Notes under the pieces: model-generated
Told to the model about the DNA's origin: nothing
The model's database searches: none
What the model saw: the letters and a program-made list of their open reading frames with translations, nothing else
Made by a program: the position numbers and the translations under genes
Part shown: piece by piece, positions 37,980 to 50,000 of the stretch
Layout: every line of letters starts with the position of its first letter
How positions within the stretch are numbered: the stretch's first letter is position 1
DNA from: Tubiluchus corallicola
Lineage: Eukaryota > Animalia > Priapulida
Assembly (NCBI GenBank): GCA_030141605.1
Contig: JAQGDQ010000005.1
Coordinates: forward strand, 930,180 to 994,179
Direction: 5' to 3'
DNA length: 64,000 bases

Positions 37980-39961
37980 TCTTCACTTTATTTAGAGATT
38001 GATGGATGAGTTGCTTCTGGTGCACTACTATAAGTAATCTGTGATCTGCGGTATTAGTGTTACTTTAATTGGCTTTATGTCCGGAGAATAGTGAGATGCC
38101 AGTGGGTTACATGGCGTCAGTTGACAATTCGGAAATGATTGTGAGTTAATAGCAATTTCTCATGCAGAGGAGAACAAAGCCAGCAAATTCGTTTTATTGT
38201 GATTACTGAAATGTGGTTAACTGTCTTCTTTAAGTTGACTGTTAACCAAAGAAATCATCGTCGTGCTGAAATAAAATCTCACAAAGTTGTCAGGTGGAAG
38301 AATAGGATGGACTGCACGATGGAACACCATCTGGTCAAATAGCGAACAACTTTTCCACTTCGCATGCTGCGTTCAACAACCAATGCTTGTATGAAAGATT
38401 CTGAAATTTCTCTAATTAATGTTGCTTTGAGAAAATCATAGATAGTGCTAATTGTGTTGTAAAGCTAAATAATGTTGCAACATTGAAACGTTTCTTGTTT
38501 TTCCCCGTTCGCACAGCTAATATCACTCTGTGTTAGCAACTCCTCTTTTCACTGCTAACAGGTGGGTATTTTGACCAACCAACCATTTCACTTGTATGTA
38601 TTGTGCTTTTCTGAGAAGGAAGTTGGTAAGGTGCAGCTACACTTACTGGTAAAAACTAATTTCCAAAGTGTGTTTATAAGTTATGAACGTTTGGTAGAAT
38701 TGTTGGTATTGATCTGAAAAATTAGCCACAATAATGTCATAATGGAACCCTGATTTTTAGCAACATGCTTTTTAGTACCCGTTTTTTTCACTTTCCCCAG
38801 GAAAGGAGCAGCATTATAAAATGAAGTCTGTTTAATTCGATGGGATTTCAAATGAACTTATTGGTTTCTTCCCAAACTTGCAAAAAAGGTAAAAATGCTA
38901 AATATAAAGTTTGTCTTGATGGAAAGTATGTCACTTTTACCGGGCTGTTCTTAGCAAAGCCTTCACTTTGTGCTAAGACCTAAATCAGCTATTAGTTAGC
39001 TAAATACTTGTGCACACTTAAAAGCATGTGGTTTTTTATGCATGCTCGTTCCAAGTTGAGTAATCATTCTCCAGGTGCCATTTTTGGTGCTTGAAAAATG
39101 TGTTAAGTCTTTTCTGACTTGATTACAGTAAGATTCATTTACATATTACTATACTATTAGAACAAGACTTAATTTTGAAGGGGTAGTTTGCTAAAGTCAC
39201 TTTCTAATGACGTTTAGTATTTAGCAAATGCAGGAAGTATTTTTTGTTGATTAGTAAATGCTTTTTACATGTTTACTTATACACCAAAGCGTTATGTAAA
39301 TACGGATAAAATTTTGTATTTTCTATATTTTTTATACAGAAAAGAAAATATACACTTTATTTTTACAAGAAACAGTAGATTTTGAGTATGTGGTGCACAC
39401 TTGCTTAATATCAACTCCTGGCTTGGTGTGATGCTTATTACATGTGTATTAATTATCAAAGTATAGTTATTCAACAGTCGTAAATTTTAACTATGGGTGT
39501 AACTATATTTAATGACAGTGACAAGTTTTGGTGACTTGTTAAAAAATCTAAATAATTATATGAAATTAAAAAGAAACAAGAACTAAAAATAGAAGACATC
39601 AAAAAGTCCTTTGCAGCCACCTTACAGTATTCCAACCATTTCGTCTGCCTAGCTTCCAGTTTCAATGTTTATTTCATCCTTGGACACATCAACAAGCCAA
39701 ATATTGTGTGTGGTGATCACAGTTTTTATCAACTTAGTTATGATGCAGTTAAAGACATCATAAATGTATGTTTGTGTATGTGTGAAGCTGTGATCGTATT
39801 CAGATAAAAGAGAGGTACAGTGGAGAAGTTTCTAATGATGTTCTGGTGTTTTTGCTTAATTTTACTTGCACTGAGGTTTCATGTTTTTTTGTGATTCAAG
39901 TCTAGCTGGGTTCATGGTGTTCTATTTCACTGTTGTTTCTCTGTTTCTACTTCACTGTTTA

Positions 39962-39967
39962 AATAAA
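39962..39967 (+). terminator. Candidate PPP1R10 polyadenylation signal (alternative AATAAA at 38270-38275)
   Basis: AATAAA followed by T/GT-rich sequence about 2 kb after the stop; motif evidence only. Confidence 0.35.
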
Positions 39968-41489
39968 ATATTCCTTATTCAGTCATCAGTATTTATTCAA
40001 ATTGTCCTTGTTGAGTACTGCCGTGTCTTTGTTCTTCATACCCATTTAATGGGTTCACCCAATGTTCACTGAAGCTAGTGTTAAATAGCATGCGATGCCA
40101 TTGAGTTCTGTAATTACATGTAACCTGTTGTTTGTCCTGTCGTGTTAGCGTGTGTGTGTGCGTGCGCGTGCTTGCCTGCGTGCGTACCTGCCTGCCTGTA
40201 TCTGTTCAGTTTATTTGTTTACCTAGTTGCTTGTACTCGCTAGTATGTATGGTGGTATCCAACTTAATCAAAATATAGCCGTGGAATTTCATTTTACCAA
40301 ACACCCATGGATAATACGATTATCTATGCTAACACCTTTACTAGCTTTTGCTAAGTCATCACAGCTCGGATGTGTGTGAGTGCAGTGTGTACTATGTACT
40401 GCGTGCGCGAAGTCGTATCACTGAAGCCATAATAATTATTGTAATATGTTGCTGCATGGATATAGCAATGTTCGTGTTAGTGAGTGGCCCTGTTAGTCAG
40501 TGTGTGAATGAATTGTTTTATTTTTAGATGAAGATGCTCTGGTTATGAGTGCAGTTTACGTGAAGTTATCATTCAATTTGTTTCGTGCAGTCTCTCTTGA
40601 GCATGGCGAGGTGAACGCCATGACGGTAGTGAATTTGTTAATGAGCGGATTGTGCATTGAGATGAGAGTGCATTGATCATTTTTCGAAGTTCCATTTGCG
40701 ATTGTCAGAATGTTGTTTGTTGTGGCTGACAGCTTTGTGATGTACATGATTCACGAATAATGAGCTGTTTAATTTTGCAATGTGCTTTGTGTGAGACTGC
40801 TGACTAATAAATGAAAACAATAGGTCTGTAGCAACGATGAAGGATGGGACGTTCATGGGCGGACAAACTAATAGGATAACCTCTTGGGGAGGGAGTAATA
40901 ATTAAAGACCATATTTGAATGTGTCGAGATCTTTTTTGATGGTGAAACGGAGGACTAGACGAACGTGTCACGGTGGGGAAGTGTTTTTTCGGTAAAATAA
41001 TTGTTCAAGAATTGAAACTGTTTGAATGAATGTAATTATGAACTTTTTTACGCATGTAGGTTATACACGTGTTTCCAGGTAACTTGTCCTGTGTTAAATC
41101 CAGGTGATCATTTATTTTGGAAGGCCATTTTTTCAGGGCTCGTGAATTGCGAAAATTCTAAGGACGGCAGGACGGTTGTTTGTGGGAATATATTTGAGAT
41201 GAGATTGCCAAGAAATACATTCGGTTTGACATGTGTCTTACTTTAGTTGGGACGCCAGCGTAGTCCATATGTATGGAACTTCTGGTAGTGTGGTCCACAT
41301 AAGTTTGTTATTCCTGTTAATTTGTTTCTTACTGTCTGTAGCATGTGTTGATAATGGTATGTTGCCTTGGCAATGAAGTTGATGTGATGTATGTCCTTAA
41401 AGTGTACAAGGTTCTCATAAAGATATCATACAGTGTGAAAAAATGAGTACGTGTATCTTCGTCTAATGAAGTTGCTGATGCGGTACATT

Positions 41490-42462
41490 ACCCTGGTAGT
41501 GTGGTTAACCGTGAACATGTCTCTTGCAAGGTGACTCACATGAACATCTTTCTCTGATAGTTTTGGTGATGTAAAGGAATTTTCTAGTGTTGTGGTGGAT
41601 ATGTACATGTTCCTTGGTAACACCCTAGACATAAACACCTTAACGTGGTGACCATGAGCTGTGAACATGTTCGTTTAGAAGTGTGGTGGACGTGAACATG
41701 TTTCTGTGTGATTAAGGTGGATTTAACATGTTCCATCGGGAACGGAACATATTCCTCTAGCAGTGTACTAGATGTGAACACGTTCCTGTTGGTGGTGTGA
41801 TGAACGTGAATGTATGCTAGTCTTTAAGGAGCGTGGTTTACGTTAACATTTCCCTTTAGGAGTGGGTTGATGTAAACCATGAGCATATTTCTCTAAGAGT
41901 GTGATAAATGAATGTGAACATGTTAATCTACGAGTGAGGTTAATGTAAAAATGTTCCATTAGAAAGTGGTAAACGTGAACATGTTTCTCTAAGAGTGTGG
42001 AGGGTTTGAACGTATTCATTTAGGAGTGGGGTGGACGTGAACGTGTTCATCTAGGAGTGTAATGTTATGAGCACGAATTGTTCCTCATGGATTGCGCTTG
42101 AACATCTACATGCGCTTCTAGAATTATGGTGGACGTGAACACGCTTTATTTCGAGTATGCCAGACTAGACATCTTTCTTTGGGAGTGTGTTGGATGTGAG
42201 CGTGAGTCTCCATGAATGTGGTGAACGGGACCTGAATCCATATAGTGTGGTGGATGTAAGCATGTTCCTGTGTGAGTGTTGGTGGGCTGAACATGTTCCT
42301 CTAAGAGTTTGGTGGACGTGATCGTGTCCCTCTACGAGTGTGATGGACTAACAGGTTCCTCTGGGTGTATGTTGGAAGTGAACATGAGCTTCTATGGGTG
42401 TGGTGGTGTTCTTGGAGTGTGACGGATAGCTGACGTTGGCTGAGAGAATGTCAGACATGTTT
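41490..42462. repeat. Degenerate ~31-bp minisatellite, consensus ~GAGTGTGGTGGACGTGAACATGTTCCTCTA(A/G), ~30 units
   Basis: Recurrent GTGTGG..GTGAACATGTT..CTCTA motif with ~31-bp period. Confidence 0.85.
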
Positions 42463-44363
42463 GTTTTCAGCATTCAATTTTTTAGTACCTTTAAAACGTA
42501 TTGAAATAGTTAATTCTCGAGAGATATTTGAAGGGGAGGTTTTAAACGTGATAATAAGCACGCTGAGAGATTGGCCATATTACTCGAACGAAACCCGTGT
42601 GTGGAGATCGTGTGTGATTTCTCGAGCAATAAGTAGCAGATGCTTGTAGATTTATTTAACCAAACATCTTCCGGTCGTAAATTGATAAGTATTACTAGTT
42701 TCGTAACCCGGTTTACACGTGTTTCACCTTGGTTGTCCTAAAGGAAATTTCGTTATGCCGGTCGCGCTGACCTTCAGCCAGTATTGGCTGGTTCGTTGGT
42801 CAGTATTGATGCGTTGCCTTCTAACATTGTGACTGTGTGAGGACTGGTATGATTGCTGGTTAAAGATACCTTTAATTAGTCTATATGGCTTGCGTGCAGT
42901 AACAAAAAAGCACTTTCAGGCTCAACAAAACTTTGCAGAAACGCTTTCAATCATTATTGTTTGTTTTAACTCTTTCCGTCTTCTGTTTTCTTGGTGTTCA
43001 ATTCTGTAGTGTTGACTTCTTCGACAGTGTGTCTGTGTGATGACAGGGAGATAACGTTCGCCATTAATGTGTGCTTTCTTTTGATTGCTTATTAAAGACG
43101 ACTTTTTATTGGTCTATCAAAAAAACTGGCCTTGTCGGTAATAGCAAAAGAACTTCCTGGTTCAAGAAAATGCTTTCAAACGTTATTGTTTAGCTAGTTT
43201 TCCCATCTTAAATCCCACCTTCCCATTTTTCAGTGTTCTGATGACCTGATCACCTACAAAACATACGTCTCCTCGAAGGATGTGCGCCCCCCCCCCCCAA
43301 GTCTCGTGTGCTAACAAGCCATAATAATCAGTGACTTTGTGCTAAATTATTTCAGTATTTGACTCCCATTTACTAGTACTAGATGAGTAAATGCTAATAA
43401 AGTGATAAAGTGTTGGTTTAAAAAACAACTCAATCGTCTTACACTGTTTCATACTTATGTTCATTGTAGCTTCCAGCCGCCGTAGGGAGTTTACCTAGTT
43501 CATGAACTATCTTAGCACGTATAACATAATACCACTAATCGTGATTTGCCATTATTTTAGTTTGATTAAATGACATTTCATTTCATTTTCGTGACTTTTG
43601 ATGTTAAGCAAGTGTGCACTGTTTTGAAAATGCATTTCGTAATCAGACTGTATGACTGATATAACGTTTGACAATCGCATTTGCTTGTAATTCTGCTGTT
43701 TTCCTTGTTTAAATAAAAGTGTTTACAGTACATTAAAACGCTACTTGTTTTCTTTTGATAAATCACTTGCACCACAAAGTGTGTGTTTTTATTCTGAGTA
43801 TTACTGTGCAGAATTGACAGTAAAATTGATAAAAGTGCAAGTATCCGTTCTTTTTAAGAGTTGTAAATTAAACGAATTGAACAATTTAAAGTATATAGCC
43901 CTTCAGCTGCGCTAAACCTCAAATGTGTATATGCAGTCTGTATTATATTGACTCGTTTTGAGAAGTAATCTGTATGTGTGCATCATTAATTGTATTAATT
44001 TCAATAATGCGTTTGTTACTTGAAAAATGTATAGACGCTTACTTTTCCTACTTTAATTATACCGCAATTCTGTCATGTACTTTTATTTGTCAGATCTTTC
44101 AACTTGTATGTAATTAATTTTCAGTTCAGTTTAATAGATTTCTAGTGATTTACGATATTATAACGATGCAGTTGCGTAATTACGTTATGGCTTGTGTTGA
44201 CTTTGCAGTACGTGATAGGCTAATAATATTAAAATTAAGGTAAACTTGAAAGTAACAAAAGGCCACTTGTATTGCAATATTGCTGTGCATCTGTACATAC
44301 TGGAAGTGTTAAAGTACTAGCTCATTGCTTACATTAGTATTGTAAATAAAACTATAGGAAGGC

Positions 44364-44522
44364 GTTTACAATTCCCTGCACCATTTAAGTACCCTAACGC
44401 GCTCTATAACCCTAGCCCAATCTTAACCCTAACCCTAATCCCAGCAGTAATCCTAATCCTAACCCTAACCATAATCCTCTTCACGAACTACTGTAATTTG
44501 TTGTATGTTGGGAATTGTAAAC
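44364..44522. repeat. Interstitial degenerate (CCCTAA)n flanked by a perfect 13-bp inverted repeat; probable small non-autonomous element
   Basis: GTTTACAATTCCC at 44364-44376 and GGGAATTGTAAAC at 44510-44522 enclose ccctaa/cctaat repeats (44392-44478). Confidence 0.65.
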
Positions 44523-44899
44523 TTTAGCCAAACTATAATATCTCAAACGAGCTGTTGTTTTTGTATTTGCTTTGCTGAATATGAAGTTGATTAGTTGGCT
44601 GACACAATTTATCGAAATAACAGTTGATTTTATTTTGAAATAAAAAAAAGTACTATAACCGGTAGGAGATGTTGGAAAGTACAATTCATGCTGTGGCGTA
44701 AAACTGAGAGCCTTACGCAAAATCAAAAAATTCAAATTGAATTTTTAATCTGCTTTCTGTAAGCCGGTCTATGATCAACACCGACTTCATTAGGCGACAC
44801 AGGTCAAATGAAAATATTAGGCCTCTGAGACTAAGTTAGAAAAATGAATAACGAAATGTTCTGCTCTTTTCACCATTGCACATTATAGGACAGCTAATT

Positions 44900-45977
44900 T
44901 TAAGCAATGGGAAGCAAAAAGTCATCATGCAGGAATGTGGCGAAAGGAGGACAGTAAAATTCCACAGGGCAGCGTTCGCGGTCAAATGTTTCTCTTTAAT
45001 GTCAATGATCTTCTAGAAGTAGTGTCTGAGATCTTTCTATTTGCAGATGATACTAAACTGTTCAATGTAACTGCTACACAGCAAAATACAAAAAAAACAT
45101 TCAAGAAGATCTTTACAGTATGACTGAGTGAAGATGGCTGCTAGCTTTCCTCCTGGTAAATGTAAAAAAAGCGATGAACATAACATAGATGAAAGATAAT
45201 AACCCAGCTTTTGATTGCGCAATGATCAGAGATGAAGTTCGTAAGCGGATACCCTGGGTTGAGTCAGTTTAAACATATTCAGAAAAATATAAGCAAACCT
45301 AAGAAGATTTGGGGGGGGGGTAATAACTACAGCTTTCGAGCACCAATCAATGGTCAAATACATCGATCAGCTGGGACAAGTACAAACATGCGACAAGAAA
45401 ATAACAAAATCAATTATTCATGTGAAAATAGAGGTTTACAGTGCCTTCAGATTAGCAGTAACGTAAGACAAGGCAGCAAAGTCCAAACAGACATTAACAG
45501 TAACTTCAGTCTAGTAATAAAATAAGTCAAAAACACTCAGTAATTTGAGAGGATATTAGCATAATCGGTTAAAGATTCTTAAAGTGCCAACACTATAGTA
45601 CAGGAGACTGAGAGGCGACATGATAGAGGCTTATAAGATCTTATGATAAAACTGAAAACTACAGTAGCAATGGAGATCGCAGATCGATCACCAGAGGCCA
45701 CTCATTAAACTTATACAAATTCAGATCTAATAAATCTATAGGACTGAATCGTTTTTCATGCAGAATTGTACATTGATGAAGTGGTTTACCAAATGATGGT
45801 ATATGCGCACCAAGTGTAGATGTAGTTAAGAGAGTGTTGGACAAGTACAGACCTGGGAAAGGGATAGTCCATAAATACAATGCCTCCGTTGAGGATACAG
45901 ATACGAATATATATTTGGTTAGAACATTACTATGCCAAAACAACATAAGATAATGTAAGGTAGGTGTAAGGTAAGGA
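44900..45977 (+). mobile_element. 5'-truncated, degenerate CR1-clade LINE (RT domain to 3' tail)
   Basis: KIPQGSVRGQMFLFNVNDL...LFADDTKLF (RT motifs, 44935-45123); PTL*YRRLRGDMIEAYKIL and TRGHSLNLYK...RFSCRIV..LP...APSVDVVKRVLDK (~45585-45845); TAAGG-type tail at ~45955-45977. Confidence 0.88.
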
Positions 45978-46630
45978 CTATAACTTTCTACAGGAATTAG
46001 AAAGAAACTATTTAAGCAGGTTGATGCTATTTTTATAATAAAAAACTGAAAGCCTCATGCAGTTTAGTAATCTACTCTAGTATAAGTTCCGTGTTCAAAG
46101 TGATTAACGGAGTATTTAAATAATAGTTAGTATAGCAAAATTTTATTTTTTGACTTTGAGTGAAAATTGGTTATGTTTATTTTTACACTAAAGACATATC
46201 TTTATAATCAAAAATTGGTATAAACCATTAGCGCTGCTAAATTTATGGTAAAATAAAAGTCATCATCAATTATAATTATTGTCACTATCTTTATAGACCT
46301 TTTAGGTTGAATATGCCTCAGACAGCAGTATTAACTAATTACTTCATTTAATAAATGCACTAATTCTTATTTTATCAAGCCTTTACAACTTATAATTATT
46401 ATTGAGACTCCGTCACCTTCTAGTTATTATTATTGAGACACCGCCACCTCACCACGATTGGCTACGATATGATGGGCTTTCCGACTGCTTAACTCTGCTC
46501 ATGACATAGTCTGGCTACCCAAGTGCAAAGCAAAAGAAGCAGCGAATTACCCACAGTGCATTACGATATTTATATTTATAGACTGCCACCGATTGCCTGG
46601 TAAAATTTCGTGGAGGAGAAAGAAACGAAG

Positions 46631-47087
46631 ATGGGAGTGCTTTTGGTGTTAGGAGAATGGCATTCACTTTACAAAGGCAGCTTATTACGGATCTCTTCGA
46701 ATCTCAGAGTATCGTCCTTTATATTTTTAATATGTCTAGGAATTTTACCTCAGTTTGCATGGACACAGCGATCACAAACGCAGTGCTACCGGTCGAATGG
46801 TCGTCCTCAAATGTGCGTCCCCGATTTTGGTAATGCAGCATTTAACAATCCCGTGGAAGCAACTAACACTTGTGGTGAACGAGGTCCAACAGAATACTGC
46901 CTGCAGACAGGACACACAGGTCTTCCAGCTTCGTGCCATATATGTGATGCTAATGACATTGCTCGAGCACATCCCACTTCGTACTTAACAGATTTTCATA
47001 GTCAAGACAACGTTACGTGGTGGCAGTCAGAGACCATTTACGAAGATGTACAGTTTCCAAACACTGTTAATTTGACTGTTAAGCTAG
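46631..47087 (+). CDS. LAMC1: Laminin gamma exon 1 (signal peptide and start of LN domain)
   Basis: ATG at 46631; [32 protein letters not shown]|GTAAGC. Confidence 0.93.
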
Positions 47088-50000
47088 GTAAGCTTTGTCA
47101 TTTTTTTGTTCCTAGATCCAAATTTAGCTGGTAGTGTAACTAGTATCTTAATCTTATCCTTTGTACATTTTTGCGCCGGTGTAATTTCTGTTATGAGTAA
47201 TTAATGCCTAAAAGTAAAAAGAAGCTTGAATTAGATGATTATTTAATTGGCTTTCTTCTCCTAGAATAGTCAAGTATAAAGCATATATGACATTTAGTGT
47301 AGTATTACAAACAACAGGCCTAATAAAAGTGGTTGCATTATCAGAAGTTAGAACAAGTTCGTGATTTTGTATTTTTTTTATATTGTAATACTTAGAGTGT
47401 AACTTCGATAAAAAATTATTAATAAATAGTATGATGTAGGTAGGCCTATCTACCCGCGTTTCACTCTGATTTCAAACCAAATTAACAAAATGAATTCATC
47501 AGCAACAAATTTTATAAATGTGATACTGAAAAATTCCTAGTGCTTTGAAAATTTCCCAGAGACATTTATATAACATTGATAAATGAAAAAATGCTGACTA
47601 GGTTTATCTGGTAAAAACTAATTACGGCTAGTGCCAATAGTTACCGAAGTATAAACTTTAAACAGATTCCGAAGCTGAATTTTATACCAAAAGCTGAACC
47701 AATACCAAACCGATAGCTGAACTGCAACAACAACTGATGTGCCTTTCGAAAATAATTAAACTATTAATTAATTATAACAAAAAATGAGTCTTATTGTAGC
47801 CAGTTTAATAATTGTGCTGCATGACCTGTGTCAAAGCAAATTGTATTTGGCACAAACTTATCCATCCTATATTCTAATTTGCAAACTGGTGTAATTCTGT
47901 AAGTGGAAATGTGCAGTGATAAAATACAAAGTTTATCATTATACAAAACAGCAAATTTGTTGCAGTGGCAGCACAAAAATATAGACTTTTTGGGAAATAT
48001 TTCAAATTATTGAGGCCACATTACAGTGACCTAAAAGTTACTGTTCACAATTAAAAAGTTTTTGGTTCTGATAACTGTGACAGAATGTCATCTGTGTACC
48101 CAATAAGCAAGCGAAGACATTGACGATTTTCAGTATAATCTACGATTATTTGAGCAAGCCAATAAGCCAACAAAACGATTTGCTTCAGTAATTTACATTA
48201 TGTCTATATTGTCTGACTTAGAATTAATTGTAATGTTTGTAAATGTAATTAAATTTGACTTTTGAATTTAGCTATTTTTTGGTAAAGTGTTTCTATATGT
48301 TATTACATAATTTCTAACACAGTTTTGCCGATGGTAAACCAAAAATTTCAACACCAATAAATAGCAAATATCTAGTTTGCAAATAGCAAATGATTTAGCA
48401 TGTTTCAAATATTCTTCAACTATAATTATATGATGACGAACAAAATGGCGATTTGATAGCCTTCTGGCGCTATTATATATGGCTAAGATTTTCTGTTTTG
48501 CTATATCATTATTTTTTGCAAACGTTTTTAGTATAAATTTTAGAGTGTACGTTGGAATTCTATATCTAATTTAAGGAGGGATAGAATCTCAACCCACCTC
48601 GTTTTCATTACATCATAGATAAGGTCTTCAAAATGTGAATATTTATTTTTCATCCGACTTATTACCGCTTATATAATAACAACAATTATCAAAGTATCGA
48701 TGGCTAGAATTGTTTTTCAGCGTAGACCTTCGTATGTAAAGCAGGTCTTGTTTTTAGTTGTACGCTATCTGTCCCATGCCTTCATTTAACCTCTTGTAGG
48801 TGCTTTTTGAAGTTAAGACTTTCATCTATTGTGAGGCCAAGTATTTTATCATATTCCTTAAACTTTATTTTTCTTGATCCTATTTTGATATTGCCAGCTT
48901 GCTTCAATCAGGTTTCGTCGCACTCTGCAGGTATTATTTAGATTGACAACATTTTATAGACATCAATTTTTCACACCATTTAAACAGTTTTTACAGCACT
49001 TTGAGTAGTGTCAAACTATTTTTCAAGTCAAAACATGTTATACAAATTACTCGATAATTGTCGGTAATTAGCCGGTCTCATCTTAAATTTCATTAATATG
49101 TGGCAGACCAGGTTTCTTATCAAGTATATATGTTACTGGCAAAATAAGAGTTCTTCAGTTCCTTGTTTTATACTCTAGATAACCACATCGTAAGACTGCT
49201 TTTGTTAAAATTTTCGATAACACTCATTTTAAAGGTACATAACGTTCATTGTGTCTTTGTTGTTAGGCTTTGTCTACTGTACATTGTCTGTAATTAGCAT
49301 GACTAATTAGAGCGATGATGTCTAAGCATCAGCTACGCCATTACAAAGGCGACACGGTGTAGCGGGAATTTTAGCAGGAATTCAGTGTTTATTACCCCAG
49401 TCCTCAGCACCCAAGCTGGTAACACGATATGAGGGCGTTCACATTAAACACAGTTGGCAAGCCTGGTGGTTTACCGTACGTAACACGTGTTCTTGCTGTA
49501 CATCTATTAGTAGCAACTTTACTACCAAATATATAAAAAAGTTATCGACGTGACATGGTTTTACATAAAATTTATCTGGAAATACAGAAATTTTATGGTG
49601 CGGTTATAGAGACAATTATTGTATTAGCATAATCTAATCAACTCGGGCATCACTTGAAATGAATACCGACACAGTACAATGATTTTTTTGTACGAATTAC
49701 GAATATCTTTTACGTAGTTTCTAGCAGCAAGCTCACTCATGTAAAAACATGTACTGTAATACTAAATGATTGTAATACTATTGTGTGATGATTTTCATAA
49801 TCAAAATTTTCATTGTAAATTACATACAAACATGATTGATGTAGCTGAATGTAAGTAAGTTACTTCATTATGAATGACTATCTTCATTAAAATAGAAATT
49901 ATCAGTAGTCTGTTTACTTAAACTACAAGCTTTATAATTACTAATTAAGAAATTTTTTCATTTATTATTAAAGATGTGTAAAACGTCATGCAATGCAAAT

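Noticed and set aside
41490-42462. CRISPR-like or coding interpretation of the ~31-bp array (ORFs 41426-41668 and 41584-41781)
   Set aside because: Units are contiguous and degenerate with no unique spacers or cas genes. The period is not a multiple of 3 and the context is eukaryotic.
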